Below are positions 10,675 through 21,909 of a DNA stretch of 64,000 nucleotides, piece after piece. Each line of letters starts with the position of its first letter. Position 1 is the stretch's first letter. The position numbers were made by a program, and so were the translations under genes. A model generated the notes under the pieces. That model searched no databases. It had not been told where the DNA came from and saw only the letters and a list, made by a program, of their open reading frames with translations. The DNA is from Candidatus Eiseniibacteriota bacterium (GTDB lineage: Bacteria > Eisenbacteria > RBG-16-71-46): the NCBI GenBank assembly GCA_963744995.1, contig CAVUWA010000002.1, positions 512,001 to 576,000 on the forward strand. The letters are read 5' to 3'.

Positions 10675-10689
10675 GCAAGCCACGTGCCA
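10675..10689 (-). promoter_or_regulatory. Sigma54 -24/-12 promoter
   Basis: Minus strand TGGCACGTGGCTTGC matches TGGCACG-N4-TTGC. Confidence 0.75.
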
Positions 10690-10837
10690 CCGGGAAGGGC
10701 GAATCGGCCCAGTCGGGACCCTGTATTTTCGGCCATTTGGAGCGCCCCGCAGCCGGCGGGGGAACGTCGGCGGGCGTGCTCCCTGCGAAGCGCATGGCGG
10801 GCGTGCCGGAGTTTGCAAGCCCGCTGCAGCACGGGTC

Positions 10838-10866
10838 TTGACACCTCCCGGGGCCGCGCCTAATCT
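10838..10866 (+). promoter_or_regulatory. Sigma70 promoter of rho
   Basis: TTGACA-N17-TAATCT. Confidence 0.75.
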
Positions 10867-11152
10867 GAGTTCGTCGCGTCCAACCGTTCTCCACGCGACC
10901 GGACCGGCCCGGTGTTCCGCCCAGTGATCGCGTCCGGGCAATGCTCCTCCCCAGCGCTTCCGACTTCATCCGCTGCTTTCGCCGCACCCAGCCGTTTTCG
11001 AGGACCCCGGCGGTCTTTCGACGACCGCACACCATCGAGCACCCAGACCTCCAGGCCAGCGGGCTCCATCCCGCGTCCACGGCCCCACCTCTTCGAGGCG
11101 CGCTATCGGCGTGATCGCGAGAGGGTCGCCACCACCTCAAGGGCATACCGTC

Positions 11153-12442
11153 ATGGAAACCCCAGCCACCCAGACCACTCCGATCGCCCAGACCATGGAG
11201 CTCACCGAGCTCAAGCGCATGAACATGTCGGCGCTCATGAAGCTGGCCGACTCGCTCGAGGTCGAGGGCACGAGCGGGCTCCGCAAGCAGGAGCTGATCT
11301 TCAAGATCCTCGAGGCCCAGACCGAGAAGAACGGGCTGATCTTCGCCGAGGGCGTGCTCGAGATTCTTCCCGAAGGCTACGGCTTCCTGCGTGCGCCGAC
11401 CTACAACTACCTGCCGGGTCCGGACGACATCTACGTTTCGCCCTCGCAGATCAAGCGCTTCGATCTGCATACCGGCGACACGGTGTCGGGTCAGGTGCGC
11501 CCGCCCAAGGAAGGCGAGCGCTACTTCGCGCTGCTGCGGGTGGAGGCGGTCAACTTCGAGAGCCCCGAGACGGCGAAGGACAAGATTCTGTTCGACAACC
11601 TGACGCCGCTCTATCCGGTCGAAAAGCTGGACCTCGAAGCCAAGGACCGCGGCATCGAGACGCGCATCATCGATCTGCTGTGCCCGATCGGGAAGGGCCA
11701 GCGCGCGCTGATCACCTCGCCGCCCAAGGCCGGCAAGACGATTCTGCTGCAGAAGATCGCCAACGCGATCGCGGAGAACCACCCCGAGGTGAACCTGATC
11801 GTGCTGCTGATCGACGAGCGCCCCGAAGAGGTCACCGACATGGAGCGCACGGTGAAGGGCGAGGTGATCTCGTCCACGTTCGACGAGCCCGCCGAGCGCC
11901 ACGTGCAGGTGGCCGAGATGGTGATCGAGAAAGCCAAGCGGCTGGTCGAGCACAAGCGCGACGTGGTGATCCTGCTCGACTCGATCACGCGCCTCGCGCG
12001 CGCACACAACACCGTGGTGCCGCACTCGGGCAAGATCCTGTCGGGCGGCGTGGACGCCAACGCGCTGCAGCGGCCGAAGCGCTTCTTCGGCTCGGCGCGC
12101 AACATCGAGAGCGGCGGCTCGCTGACGATCATCGCGACCGCGTTGATCGAGACCGGCTCGCGCATGGACGAGGTGATCTTCGAGGAGTTCAAGGGCACCG
12201 GCAACAGCGAGCTGGTGCTCGACCGCAAGCTGTCCGACAAGCGCATCTTCCCGGCCATCGACATCAACCGCTCCGGCACGCGCCGCGAAGAGCTGCTCAT
12301 GTCGCCGGAAATGCTGCAGCGCGTGTGGATTCTGCGCAAGTTCCTCAACGAGTTGAACCCGGTCGAGGCGATGGAGTTCCTGATCTCGAAGCTCGGCGAC
12401 ACCAAGACGAACAAGAAGTTCCTGGAGAGCATGAACCAGTAG
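11153..12442 (+). CDS. rho: Transcription termination factor Rho
   Basis: [44 protein letters not shown]. Confidence 0.98.
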   Translation: METPATQTTPIAQTMELTELKRMNMSALMKLADSLEVEGTSGLRKQELIFKILEAQTEKNGLIFAEGVLEILPEGYGFLRAPTYNYLPGPDDIYVSPSQIKRFDLHTGDTVSGQVRPPKEGERYFALLRVEAVNFESPETAKDKILFDNLTPLYPVEKLDLEAKDRGIETRIIDLLCPIGKGQRALITSPPKAGKTILLQKIANAIAENHPEVNLIVLLIDERPEEVTDMERTVKGEVISSTFDEPAERHVQVAEMVIEKAKRLVEHKRDVVILLDSITRLARAHNTVVPHSGKILSGGVDANALQRPKRFFGSARNIESGGSLTIIATALIETGSRMDEVIFEEFKGTGNSELVLDRKLSDKRIFPAIDINRSGTRREELLMSPEMLQRVWILRKFLNELNPVEAMEFLISKLGDTKTNKKFLESMNQ

Positions 12443-12493
12443 CAGTCCGCCGCGCCGCACCGGCGGCATCACGCCACCGGGGAGGGAAGATCC

Positions 12494-13075
12494 ATGAAGC
12501 GCCTGATTTCCGTCGCGTTCGCCTGCGGCGTGGCCGCCACACCCGCCTTCGCCGCGGAGGATGACTACGGCCTGCGGCTCGCGAAGGTCGGACCCACCGT
12601 GTCGTACGTGTCGCTCGACAACGGCCAGGAAACGGTCGCGTTCGGCGCGCTCCTCGATCTGGGCTCCTTCACGCGCAACTGGAGTCTCGATGTCACCGCC
12701 GACTTCTGGTCGAAGAAGCAGACCGGGTCGGGCGGTTACGAACGGACGCTGCGCGACGTCTCTGCGGGCGCGCGCGTCCTGTATCACCTGCCGATCGAGA
12801 ACCGGCGCGTGGATCCGGCGGCGGGCGTGGGGCTGGCCGCGCACTTCCTGCACACGAAGCTGGCGGGCGTCCCCGGCTTCGACGGCGCCGACGACAGGAC
12901 ACGTCTCGGCTTCGACGTTGCCGGTGAAGTCGGCTTCGAGCTCGGGCCGCACGTCGACCTGATCGTGCAGACCGTGTTCCGGATCGTCGCCGAGGACTCC
13001 GGCTTCGGCAGCGTCGACAGCTTCAACCAGTTCTACGCCGGCGCCGGCCTGCTGTTCGGCGGCGCTCGCGACTGA
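12494..13075 (+). CDS. Outer-membrane beta-barrel protein
   Basis: Signal peptide, alternating amphipathic strands, terminal strand FYAGAGLLF. Confidence 0.7.
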   Translation: MKRLISVAFACGVAATPAFAAEDDYGLRLAKVGPTVSYVSLDNGQETVAFGALLDLGSFTRNWSLDVTADFWSKKQTGSGGYERTLRDVSAGARVLYHLPIENRRVDPAAGVGLAAHFLHTKLAGVPGFDGADDRTRLGFDVAGEVGFELGPHVDLIVQTVFRIVAEDSGFGSVDSFNQFYAGAGLLFGGARD

Positions 13076-13144
13076 CAGTTTGCGTATCGCCTTTCCGGCG
13101 CCATCCGGCGGCGGGTGCTCCCCTTTCCACTCACGGAGGTTCCC

Positions 13145-13948
13145 ATGAAGTTCCTGCTCGTCACGGCGCTCGCCGCGCTGCTCGCCGCACCGGCGCACGC
13201 CTACGACATGACCCAGCTGCGCCAGGACATCAAGACCCACGTCGAGAAGGTCAGTCACGACCTCGGTGACGTGACGATCCACCAGGAGGCGACGTTCAAC
13301 GCGGCCGAAGCCGGAGCGATGAACATGTCGTCGACGACGTACATGAAGGGCACGCGCTGGCGCAGTGACGGCGTGATGAAGAACGAGAAGTCGTCGCAGG
13401 AGATGAAGATGACGTCGCTCTTCGACGGCACCGACATCTGGTCGGTCATGATGGGCATGAAGCAGAAGCTGCCCAGGGGCGCCATCGGCGGCAGCGGTTC
13501 GAGCGGGATGTGGAGCGAGCTTCCCGAGGACGCGAAGCTCGCCGGCGAGGCGACCGTGGGCGACCGCGACTGCTGGAAGGTCACCTATGACGCGCCGAAG
13601 GCGAACCGCGGCGGCGGCGGGCCGGTGACCCTGTGGGTCGACAAGAAGATGTTCATGCCGATCCAGATGGAGTTCCATGGATCGAGCGGCACGATCCGCA
13701 CGGTGCAGTCGGACTTCCGCAAGGAGAAGGGCTACGAGTTCCCCTGGCTCACCGAGATCTACAGCGGCGACAAGGAGATGGGCACCGTCAAGGTGGTGAA
13801 GCTCGAGACCGGGACCGGCCTCTCGGACGATCTCTTCGACGCCGCGAAGCTCGAGGGCGGCGAAATGGACATGAACGCCATGATGAAGAAGGCGATGGAG
13901 ATGCAGAAACAGCAGGACGCGGCGGGGAAGCAGAAGGGCGGCGAGTAG
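13145..13948 (+). CDS. Secreted LolA-fold / outer-membrane lipoprotein-sorting-like protein
   Basis: GGAGG SD, signal peptide, GEATVGDRDCWKV, TLWVDK, GLSDDLF. Confidence 0.7.
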   Translation: MKFLLVTALAALLAAPAHAYDMTQLRQDIKTHVEKVSHDLGDVTIHQEATFNAAEAGAMNMSSTTYMKGTRWRSDGVMKNEKSSQEMKMTSLFDGTDIWSVMMGMKQKLPRGAIGGSGSSGMWSELPEDAKLAGEATVGDRDCWKVTYDAPKANRGGGGPVTLWVDKKMFMPIQMEFHGSSGTIRTVQSDFRKEKGYEFPWLTEIYSGDKEMGTVKVVKLETGTGLSDDLFDAAKLEGGEMDMNAMMKKAMEMQKQQDAAGKQKGGE

Positions 13949-13951
13949 CGC

Positions 13952-14803
13952 ATGTTCAGAACGGTCGCTGAGGAGCTGTGGGTCTTCGACATCGAGTGGG
14001 TGCCGGATCCCGCGACGGGGCGGCGTGCCTACGGGCTGCCGGAGAGCGCGCCCGACGCCGAGGTCGTCGCGCGCATGTTCGAAGCGGCCGGCGCGACCCC
14101 CGAAAATCCGCGACCGTTCATCAAGACCGCGCTGTGCCGGGTGGTGTCGATCTCCGCGATCAAGCGTCGCGCGACCGGCAGCCACCCGGTGCGGCTCGAG
14201 CTGCGCTCGATGCCCGAAGCAGGCGACGCGCCGCTCGACGAGGGCACGCTGATCGCGAACTTTCTGGAGTCCGCGGGCAAGGTGAAGCCGCAACTGGTCG
14301 GCTTCAACATCACCGGCGCCGACATTCCGATTCTGGTCCAGCGCGCGATGGCGCACGGGGTCAGCGCACCCGCGTTCTGCCAGCGCCCCGAGAAGCCGTG
14401 GCAGGGCGTGGACTACTTCGGCGGGCGCGGCAGCGACGCGGTCGTGGAGCTCATGGACGTGTTCGGCACGTGGGGCCGCGGCTCGCCGTCGCTGCACGAG
14501 CTGGCGAGCGCGGCCGGCATCCCGGGCAAGCTCGACACGGCCGGCGAGCAGGTGGTGGACCTCTGGCAGGCGGGCGACATGCGGCGGATCGTCGAGTACA
14601 ACGAGTTCGACGTCATCACCACCTACCTGATCTGGCTGCGCGGCGCGCACCTGGCGGGCTTTCTCGGCACGGCGGCCTGGCAGGCCGAGGAGCGCCAGCT
14701 GGAGGCGCTGCTCGAAGACCGTGCGGCGGGCGCGGGGCCGCATCTCGCCCGTTATCTCGAGCACTGGCGCGCGCATCGTCCCGCGGCCGCCGGGCGCGGC
14801 TGA
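13952..14803 (+). CDS. PolB-exonuclease-like 3'-5' exonuclease (DEDDy)
   Basis: VFDIEW, LVGFN...DIPIL, GIPGK, YNEFDV. Confidence 0.85.
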   Translation: MFRTVAEELWVFDIEWVPDPATGRRAYGLPESAPDAEVVARMFEAAGATPENPRPFIKTALCRVVSISAIKRRATGSHPVRLELRSMPEAGDAPLDEGTLIANFLESAGKVKPQLVGFNITGADIPILVQRAMAHGVSAPAFCQRPEKPWQGVDYFGGRGSDAVVELMDVFGTWGRGSPSLHELASAAGIPGKLDTAGEQVVDLWQAGDMRRIVEYNEFDVITTYLIWLRGAHLAGFLGTAAWQAEERQLEALLEDRAAGAGPHLARYLEHWRAHRPAAAGRG

Positions 14804-15010
14804 GGCGCCGCGGCTCATCCCGTGACCCCTTGAGTCCCAGTTGCTTACGGGCCCGGTCGCGACCGCTCCCGGAGCCCGCCGCCGCGCCCGCCCCGCACCG
14901 ATTTGGCGCCCGGCGGCATCTCAGGCATACTCCCCGGCCGCTTACCATACAGACCCGGCGGGCGACCGGACGGTCCCGGCCGCATTCGCCAGAGGAACCA
15001 GGAGAGAGCC

Positions 15011-15256
15011 ATGAAAGCCGGAATCCATCCCCACTACGAGACGACGAAGGTCGTCTGTGTCTGCGGCAACGTGTTCGATACGCGCACGACCGTGGGCCAG
15101 GACGAGCTGCACGTCGAAATCTGCTCTGCGTGCCACCCGTTCTACACGGGCAAGCAGAAGCTGGTCGACAAGGCCGGCCGCGTCGAGCGTTTCCGCCGCC
15201 GCTACGAAAAGGTGGGCGGCAAGAAGGCCTCCGGTTCCGAGAGCGCGGCCTCTTAG
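15011..15256 (+). CDS. rpmE: 50S ribosomal protein L31 (zinc-binding type)
   Basis: MKAGIHP, CVC...[16 protein letters not shown]. Confidence 0.97.
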   Translation: MKAGIHPHYETTKVVCVCGNVFDTRTTVGQDELHVEICSACHPFYTGKQKLVDKAGRVERFRRRYEKVGGKKASGSESAAS

Positions 15257-15269
15257 CGACGTCGTGACC

Positions 15270-15309
15270 GCTCCCGTCCGGCCATGCGGCCCGGGCGGGA
15301 GCTTTTTTT
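15270..15309 (+). terminator. Intrinsic terminator after rpmE
   Basis: GCTCCCGTCCGG/CCGGGCGGGAGC stem followed by T7. Confidence 0.85.
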
Positions 15310-15384
15310 GAGTCGTCCCGCGCCGGCGCACCCCGCCGCGCGGCCAGCATGCGGCGGCGCGATGCGCCCGCCCGCGGAGTTCAC

Positions 15385-16320
15385 ATGCCGTTTCTGCCCA
15401 TCGGCGGCCAGGCCGTCATCGAAGGTGTCATGATGCGCTCGCCGTCGCGCATGGCGGTCGCCGTCAGGCGGCCCGACGGCAGCGTGGCTCTGATGGAGCG
15501 CCCGTTCGTCTCGGTGACCCAGAAGGTGCGCGCGCTGCGCCTGCCGGTCGTGCGCGGGGCGGTGTCGCTGTTCGAGACGCTGTTCCTCGGCATCAGCGCA
15601 CTCAACTACAGCGCCGAAGAAGCCTCCCGCGAGCCGCAGGACACCGCGGCCCAGAAGACTTCCCGGTGGCAGAGCGTGGTGCAGGGGCTCACGGTGCTGT
15701 TCTCGCTCGGGCTCGGCGTGCTGCTGTTCGTGGTGCTGCCCGCGAAGCTCACCTCGTGGCTCGGCTTCCACGATCGCATCGGCTTCGGGCTGGTGGACGG
15801 CCTGTTCCGGCTGCTGGCGTTCCTGCTCTACCTGCTGCTGATCAGCCAGTGGAAGGAGATGGCGCGCGTGCTCAGGTACCACGGCGCCGAGCACAAGGCC
15901 ATTCACGCGATCGAGAACCGCGTACCGCTGACACCGCTGAACGTGCTCAAGTTCTCGCGCTTCCATCCGCGTTGCGGGACGTCGTTCCTGTTCCTCGTCG
16001 TGGTGGTGAGCATCGTCGTGTTCACCTTCATCGGCCGGCCGGTGAACGTGTGGGAGCATCTGCTGCGCATCGCCTGCATGCCGGTGATCGCGGGCATCGC
16101 ATTCGAGTTCATCCGCTGGTCGGGGAAGTACTACGACCACGGTTTCGTGAAGGCGATGGTGTGGCCGGGGCTGCAGTTCCAGCGGCTCACCACGCGCGAG
16201 CCGGATCTGTCGATGTGCGAGATCGCGATTGCCTCGCTCGAAGCGGTGCGTACCGACGAGCAGGTCGTGAAGCTCGAGCAGCAGCCGGCGGCGAAACCCG
16301 AGATGGCGTTCATTCAGTAA
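15385..16320 (+). CDS. DUF1385 membrane protein
   Basis: [28 protein letters not shown]; usual rpmE-prfA context. Confidence 0.92.
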   Translation: MPFLPIGGQAVIEGVMMRSPSRMAVAVRRPDGSVALMERPFVSVTQKVRALRLPVVRGAVSLFETLFLGISALNYSAEEASREPQDTAAQKTSRWQSVVQGLTVLFSLGLGVLLFVVLPAKLTSWLGFHDRIGFGLVDGLFRLLAFLLYLLLISQWKEMARVLRYHGAEHKAIHAIENRVPLTPLNVLKFSRFHPRCGTSFLFLVVVVSIVVFTFIGRPVNVWEHLLRIACMPVIAGIAFEFIRWSGKYYDHGFVKAMVWPGLQFQRLTTREPDLSMCEIAIASLEAVRTDEQVVKLEQQPAAKPEMAFIQ

Positions 16321-16345
16321 TACGCACGGAGGCGGCGGAGCGGCC

Positions 16346-17425
<1,080 letters not shown>

Positions 17426-17511
17426 GCGCCGTCTCCGCCCGGGCAATGGAGCGGACGGTGCGCCAGCGCGCGCGCCCGGCCGCGCGCAACCGTCGAAACC
17501 TGCGGAGGTGC

Positions 17512-18423
17512 ATGACCCCGATGCCCACGATCGCCGAGGCCCTGCTCCACGCCCGGAAGACGCTCGCCAGCGAGGATTCGCCGGCCACGGACGCGCTCGA
17601 GCTCGTGAGCCGCCTGCTCGGCGTGACGCGGATCGAGGTCGCCGAACGCGGCGCCGAGCCGCTCGACGACGCGCTCGCCCGGCGGCTCGACGACTGGCTG
17701 GAGCGCCGCGTCGCGGGGGAGCCGGTGCAGTACATCACGGGCCGCGCCGCGTTTCGCGAGCTGGACCTCGCGGTGACGCCGGCGGTGCTGATCCCGCGCC
17801 CCGAGACCGAAGCGCTGGTCGAGGCGGTGTTGCGCGCGATGCATGCCCGGCGCGACGCGTGGGAGCGGCCGCGGGTGCTCGATCTCGGCACCGGCTCCGG
17901 GGCGATCGCGCTCGCGATCGCGCAGGAGCGCCCCGATGCGATCGTCACGGCCAGCGACGCGAGCGCCGACGCACTCGGGGTGGCGCGCGCGAACGCGGCG
18001 GCGCTCGGTCTCGAAGCCCGCGTGACCTTCGCCGAAGGCCACTGGTTCGAAGCCGTGGATCCCGACGAGCGCTTCGAAGTCGTGGTATCGAATCCGCCCT
18101 ATATCGCCACCGGCGAGTGGGACGAGCTGCCGCGCGACGTGAAGCTGCACGAGCCCCGGCAGGCCCTGTTCTCGGGTTCGAGCGGGCTCGACGACCTGAG
18201 CGAGATCATCGACCTCGCTCCCGAATGGCTGGTGGCGGGCGGCCTGCTCGCGCTCGAGCTGGCCGAGAACCGCGCCGAGCAGGTCGCGGCCTGGTTCGAG
18301 GGGGCCCGCGACTGGGAGCACGCCGAGCTGCTCGACGACCTGAGCGGGCGGCCGCGAATCCTCCTGGCGCGGCGTCAGGCGGGGCCGGCGATCGCGCCCC
18401 GGCAGTGGCGCGAGGAGAGCTGA
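17512..18423 (+). CDS. prmC: Release factor glutamine methyltransferase
   Basis: LIPRPETE, DLGTGSG, SNPPY; follows prfA. Confidence 0.95.
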   Translation: MTPMPTIAEALLHARKTLASEDSPATDALELVSRLLGVTRIEVAERGAEPLDDALARRLDDWLERRVAGEPVQYITGRAAFRELDLAVTPAVLIPRPETEALVEAVLRAMHARRDAWERPRVLDLGTGSGAIALAIAQERPDAIVTASDASADALGVARANAAALGLEARVTFAEGHWFEAVDPDERFEVVVSNPPYIATGEWDELPRDVKLHEPRQALFSGSSGLDDLSEIIDLAPEWLVAGGLLALELAENRAEQVAAWFEGARDWEHAELLDDLSGRPRILLARRQAGPAIAPRQWREES

Positions 18424-18609
18424 GCGGGGATCAGGCGCCGGCGCCCGCCGCGGCCGCGCCCGGCGGCCCCCCCATGGCGCTGATTTTCGCGGCAGACGCG
18501 CCCGCTTCGATCGGGTAGGCTCATCGGCACCGGAACCTGCCCGGCGCGCTCGCTCCCCGAAGGCCGCTCCCGCCGGCCGGGCCGTTCCAGAGCAGAGGAG
18601 GTCCGCACC

Positions 18610-19266
18610 ATCCTCAAGGCCCAGGAAGTCATCGACGCCGTCAAGCTCGGCGACACGAATCGCGTCCGCGAGCTGCTGGATCACGATCCCATGCTCGCCA
18701 ACGCGCGCACGGCCACCGGCGAGTCCGCGGCGCTGATGGCGGCGTACCACCGCCGCAGCGAGATCGCGGCGCTGCTGATCGAACGCGGCGCCCAGCTCAG
18801 CTTCTTCGAAGCCGCCGCGCTCGGGCAGGCCGAGCTGGTGCGCTCGTGGCTCGAGCGCGAAACCGAGCTCCTCAACGCCTGCTCGCCCGACGGGTTCACC
18901 GCGCTCGCGCTCGCCTCGTTCTTCGGCCACCGCGAGGTCGTGCTCGACCTGCTCACCCGCGACGTCGAGGTGAACGCGGTCGCCAGCAACGCGATGCGGG
19001 TGATGCCGCTGCATGCGGCGGTCGCCGGCGGCCATCACGCGATTGCGAAGGCCCTGCTCGCCCACGGCGCCCGCGTGAACGCCCCGCAGCAGCACGGCTG
19101 GCGCCCGCTGCACGCCGCCGCGCAGAGCGGCGACACGAAGATGATCGAGCTGCTGCTCGACCACGGCGCCGATCCCGCCGCGACCAACGACCACGGCCTC
19201 ACCGCGCTCGAGATCGCCGAAGAGCGCGGACACATCGAGGCGGTCAGGACGCTGAAAGGGGCGTAG
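18610..19266 (+). CDS. Ankyrin repeat protein (possible ATC start at 18610; first ATG at 18691)
   Basis: Repeats GFTALALA, PLHAAV, GWRPLHAAA, HGADP; GAGGAGG SD 8 nt before an in-frame ATC. Confidence 0.85.
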   Translation: MLKAQEVIDAVKLGDTNRVRELLDHDPMLANARTATGESAALMAAYHRRSEIAALLIERGAQLSFFEAAALGQAELVRSWLERETELLNACSPDGFTALALASFFGHREVVLDLLTRDVEVNAVASNAMRVMPLHAAVAGGHHAIAKALLAHGARVNAPQQHGWRPLHAAAQSGDTKMIELLLDHGADPAATNDHGLTALEIAEERGHIEAVRTLKGA

Positions 19267-19277
19267 TCGGCAGCTGA

Positions 19278-19299
19278 AAATCCGTCCCGGGACGGATTT
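19278..19299. repeat. 22-bp perfect palindrome, REP-like copy 1
   Basis: AAATCCGTCCCGGGACGGATTT. Confidence 0.8.
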
Positions 19300-19351
19300 C
19301 GTTCGATGCCCTCGAACCCGCGCGCGTGGCGCCGCGCCCGCTGCTGCCCGC

Positions 19352-20275
19352 TCAGTGTTCCATGTAGTGGCTGTTCATTTCGCCCGCGCGGATCGCCACG
19401 TTCAGACGATTGGCTTTCGGCGGGATCGGACAGTTGTAGTAGGGCGAGTAGGCGCAGGCCGGGGAGTAGGCGTAGTTGAAGTCCAGCAGAAAGCGCCCGT
19501 CCGCGACCTTCTCGGGGTTCACGTAGCGGCCGAGGTCGTACGACTCCCCGTCGTCGCAGGTCCGGTCGCGGAAGAACACGCCGTAGTCCTCGTCGCCGAC
19601 CCCGGGCTCCAGGAGCCGCGTGACCTCGAGGCGCTGCGGCTTGCCGTCCACGATGAAGTCGAACCAGCCGACCCGCAGCGCGGGACGCTGGTTGCCGCGC
19701 GTGCTCAGGATCACCAGCGTGTCGGGGCGCGGGTTCGGGGTGAGCGGCAGCACGAAGCGATACTTGAAGTCGGGCGGGAAGTACTCGATGCCGTGGAACT
19801 TCTCGTACTGCTTGCTCTCGGGATCCGAGATGATGATCGCCGGATAGCCCTGGTTCGAAAGCCGCAGCGAGAGCCGTCCGATGAACACCCGGCCGTACGG
19901 CATCTTCGCGTGGCGCAGTTCCTGATCGTCGAACTTGAACGTGGCCCCGGGGTCGACGGCTTCCACCAGGAACGAGTCGCCCACGACGCTGACGCGCAGA
20001 TGGTGCGGCTTCAGCAGTTCGTCATCGAGCCGCAGGTCGTTGCCGGGGGCGCGGCCGACGGTCATCACGGTCTCGTCGCCGAAGTCGCGGCGCGCGACGG
20101 CCGAGAAATAGGAAGAGGGCGAGGATTTGAGCCAGTCGATGGTCTCCTGGCGATCATTCTCGTAGTGGTCGAGCACGGCCTTCGCGCTGTCCGGCGAGAG
20201 CACTTCGGGCCGCGCCGGCGTCATGGAAGGCGTGGCGGCGGCCGTCATGACGGCGAGCATCAGAACTGGAAACAT
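19352..20275 (-). CDS. Secreted DUF1684 protein
   Basis: Signal peptide; FRDRT...SY..GRY, LDFNYAYSPACAYSPYYNCPIPPKANRL..IRAGE. Confidence 0.9.
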   Translation of the reverse strand: MFPVLMLAVMTAAATPSMTPARPEVLSPDSAKAVLDHYENDRQETIDWLKSSPSSYFSAVARRDFGDETVMTVGRAPGNDLRLDDELLKPHHLRVSVVGDSFLVEAVDPGATFKFDDQELRHAKMPYGRVFIGRLSLRLSNQGYPAIIISDPESKQYEKFHGIEYFPPDFKYRFVLPLTPNPRPDTLVILSTRGNQRPALRVGWFDFIVDGKPQRLEVTRLLEPGVGDEDYGVFFRDRTCDDGESYDLGRYVNPEKVADGRFLLDFNYAYSPACAYSPYYNCPIPPKANRLNVAIRAGEMNSHYMEH

Positions 20276-20463
20276 TCGGGGATCCCCCTCGGGCCGACTG
20301 GGTGAGCGGGGCGCATTCTACGCCGCCCGGACCGTGCGCCCAAATCGCGACGGCTGTTGATTTTGCGTGACGTGCTGCCGATAATCCCGGAGACGCATTC
20401 CCAGGACGACATCCCCTGCCGGCGGTCCGCTCCGGAACCGCCCGGCGCCCGGAGACATCACAC

Positions 20464-21786
20464 ATGGACGTGAACGCTGCGGCCAGGGCGGCTGCACCCA
20501 CCTCACCCGCAAAGCCGGAAATCATGGACGCACTCGTCATTCAGGGCGGCCGCAAGCTCTCCGGCCGCGTGCCCGTATCGGGCGCGAAGAACGCCGCGCT
20601 GCCGGTCATGACCGCGACGCTGCTCGCCCCCGGCGTGCACACGCTGCGCAACGTCCCCGACCTCCGGGATACGCGCACGATCGCGAAAGTGCTCGAGCAC
20701 CTCGGGGCGCGCGTCGAGTTCCGCGGCAGCGCGTGCACGATCGACACGACGAACATCACGAACTTCGAAGCGCCGTACGATCTCGTGCGTACGATGCGCG
20801 CCAGCATCTACGTGCTCGGACCGCTGCTCGCGCGCTTCGGCGCGGCGCGCGTGTCGCTGCCCGGCGGCTGTGCGTGGGGTCCGCGCCCGGTGAACCTGCA
20901 TTTCGACGGGCTGAACGCGATGAACGCAAACCTCGAAATCGAGCACGGCTACATGGTCGGCAGGGACGTGAAGCTCAAGGGCGTGCACTGGAATTTCGAC
21001 GTCGTGTCCGTGGGCGCCACGGCGCAGCTGCTCATGGCGGCGGTCCTCGCGGACGGTGAGTCCGTTCTCGAGAACGTCGCCATCGAACCCGACATCACCG
21101 CACTCGCGCAGGTGCTGGTGGAGTGCGGCGCCGACATCACCGGCGTCGGCTCGCGGCGTCTGGTCATCCGCGGCGTGAAGGCGCTGAAGCCGATCGACAC
21201 CACGATCATTCCGGATCGCATCGAGGCGGCGACGTTCCTCGCTGCGGGCGCGATCACCGGCGGCGACATCACGCTCGAGCAGTGCGAAGCCGACCACATG
21301 ATGGCGGTCGTGCAGAAGCTCGAAGAGGCCGGCTGCGAGATCCACGCCGAACCGCGCACGGTGGCGCTGCGCGGGCCCGCGCGACCGGCGGCCCTCGACG
21401 TGACCACCGCGCCGTTCCCGGGGTTCCCCACCGACATGCAGGCGCAGATCATGGCGCTTACCGCGATCGCCGACGGCACCAGCGTCGTGACCGATACGAT
21501 CTACCTCGACCGTTTCACCCATGTCCCCGAACTCGCGCGGCTCGGCGCGCAGATCGAGCTCAAGGGCAATGCCGCCGTGATCCGCGGCGTGGACCGCCTG
21601 CAGGGTGCGCCGGTGATGGCCACCGACATCCGCGCCAGCGCGGCCCTGGTGATCGCCGCTCTGGTCGCCGAAGGCGAGACGAAGATCTCGCGCATCTACC
21701 ATCTGGACCGCGGCTACGAGAACATCGTCGGCAAGCTGACGCAGCTGGGCGCCAGGGTGAAGCGCGTGCAGGAGAAGGTGGCGTAG
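20464..21786 (+). CDS. murA: UDP-N-acetylglucosamine 1-carboxyvinyltransferase (alternative start 20524)
   Basis: GAKNAALP, MRAS, LPGGCAWGPRP, PDRIE, FPGFPTDMQ, LDRGYE. Confidence 0.97.
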   Translation: MDVNAAARAAAPTSPAKPEIMDALVIQGGRKLSGRVPVSGAKNAALPVMTATLLAPGVHTLRNVPDLRDTRTIAKVLEHLGARVEFRGSACTIDTTNITNFEAPYDLVRTMRASIYVLGPLLARFGAARVSLPGGCAWGPRPVNLHFDGLNAMNANLEIEHGYMVGRDVKLKGVHWNFDVVSVGATAQLLMAAVLADGESVLENVAIEPDITALAQVLVECGADITGVGSRRLVIRGVKALKPIDTTIIPDRIEAATFLAAGAITGGDITLEQCEADHMMAVVQKLEEAGCEIHAEPRTVALRGPARPAALDVTTAPFPGFPTDMQAQIMALTAIADGTSVVTDTIYLDRFTHVPELARLGAQIELKGNAAVIRGVDRLQGAPVMATDIRASAALVIAALVAEGETKISRIYHLDRGYENIVGKLTQLGARVKRVQEKVA

Positions 21787-21909
21787 CCGCCTCCGGAGAG
21801 CCGAAGCCAGGCGCGGGGCCCGGGGCTTCCGGGCCCCGCGTTCTCGTTTCCGGCCCGCCGCCGGCCGACCGGCATTGCCCCGCGCCCCGCGGCGCGGCAT
21901 GATGCGGTC

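Noticed and set aside
10676..10725. Cobalamin-riboswitch-like words (AGCCAC..GGGAAGG..AGTCGGGACCCTG) on the + strand
   Set aside because: The core GCCCCCGCAACTGT is missing, the context (rho) does not fit, and the same bases are better explained as a minus-strand sigma54 promoter.
10118..14818. Very long antisense ORFs (1566 aa here; also 42078-44399, 48724-51840, 54561-57524, 111-1706)
   Set aside because: Shadow frames of real genes in high-GC DNA, with no protein motifs.
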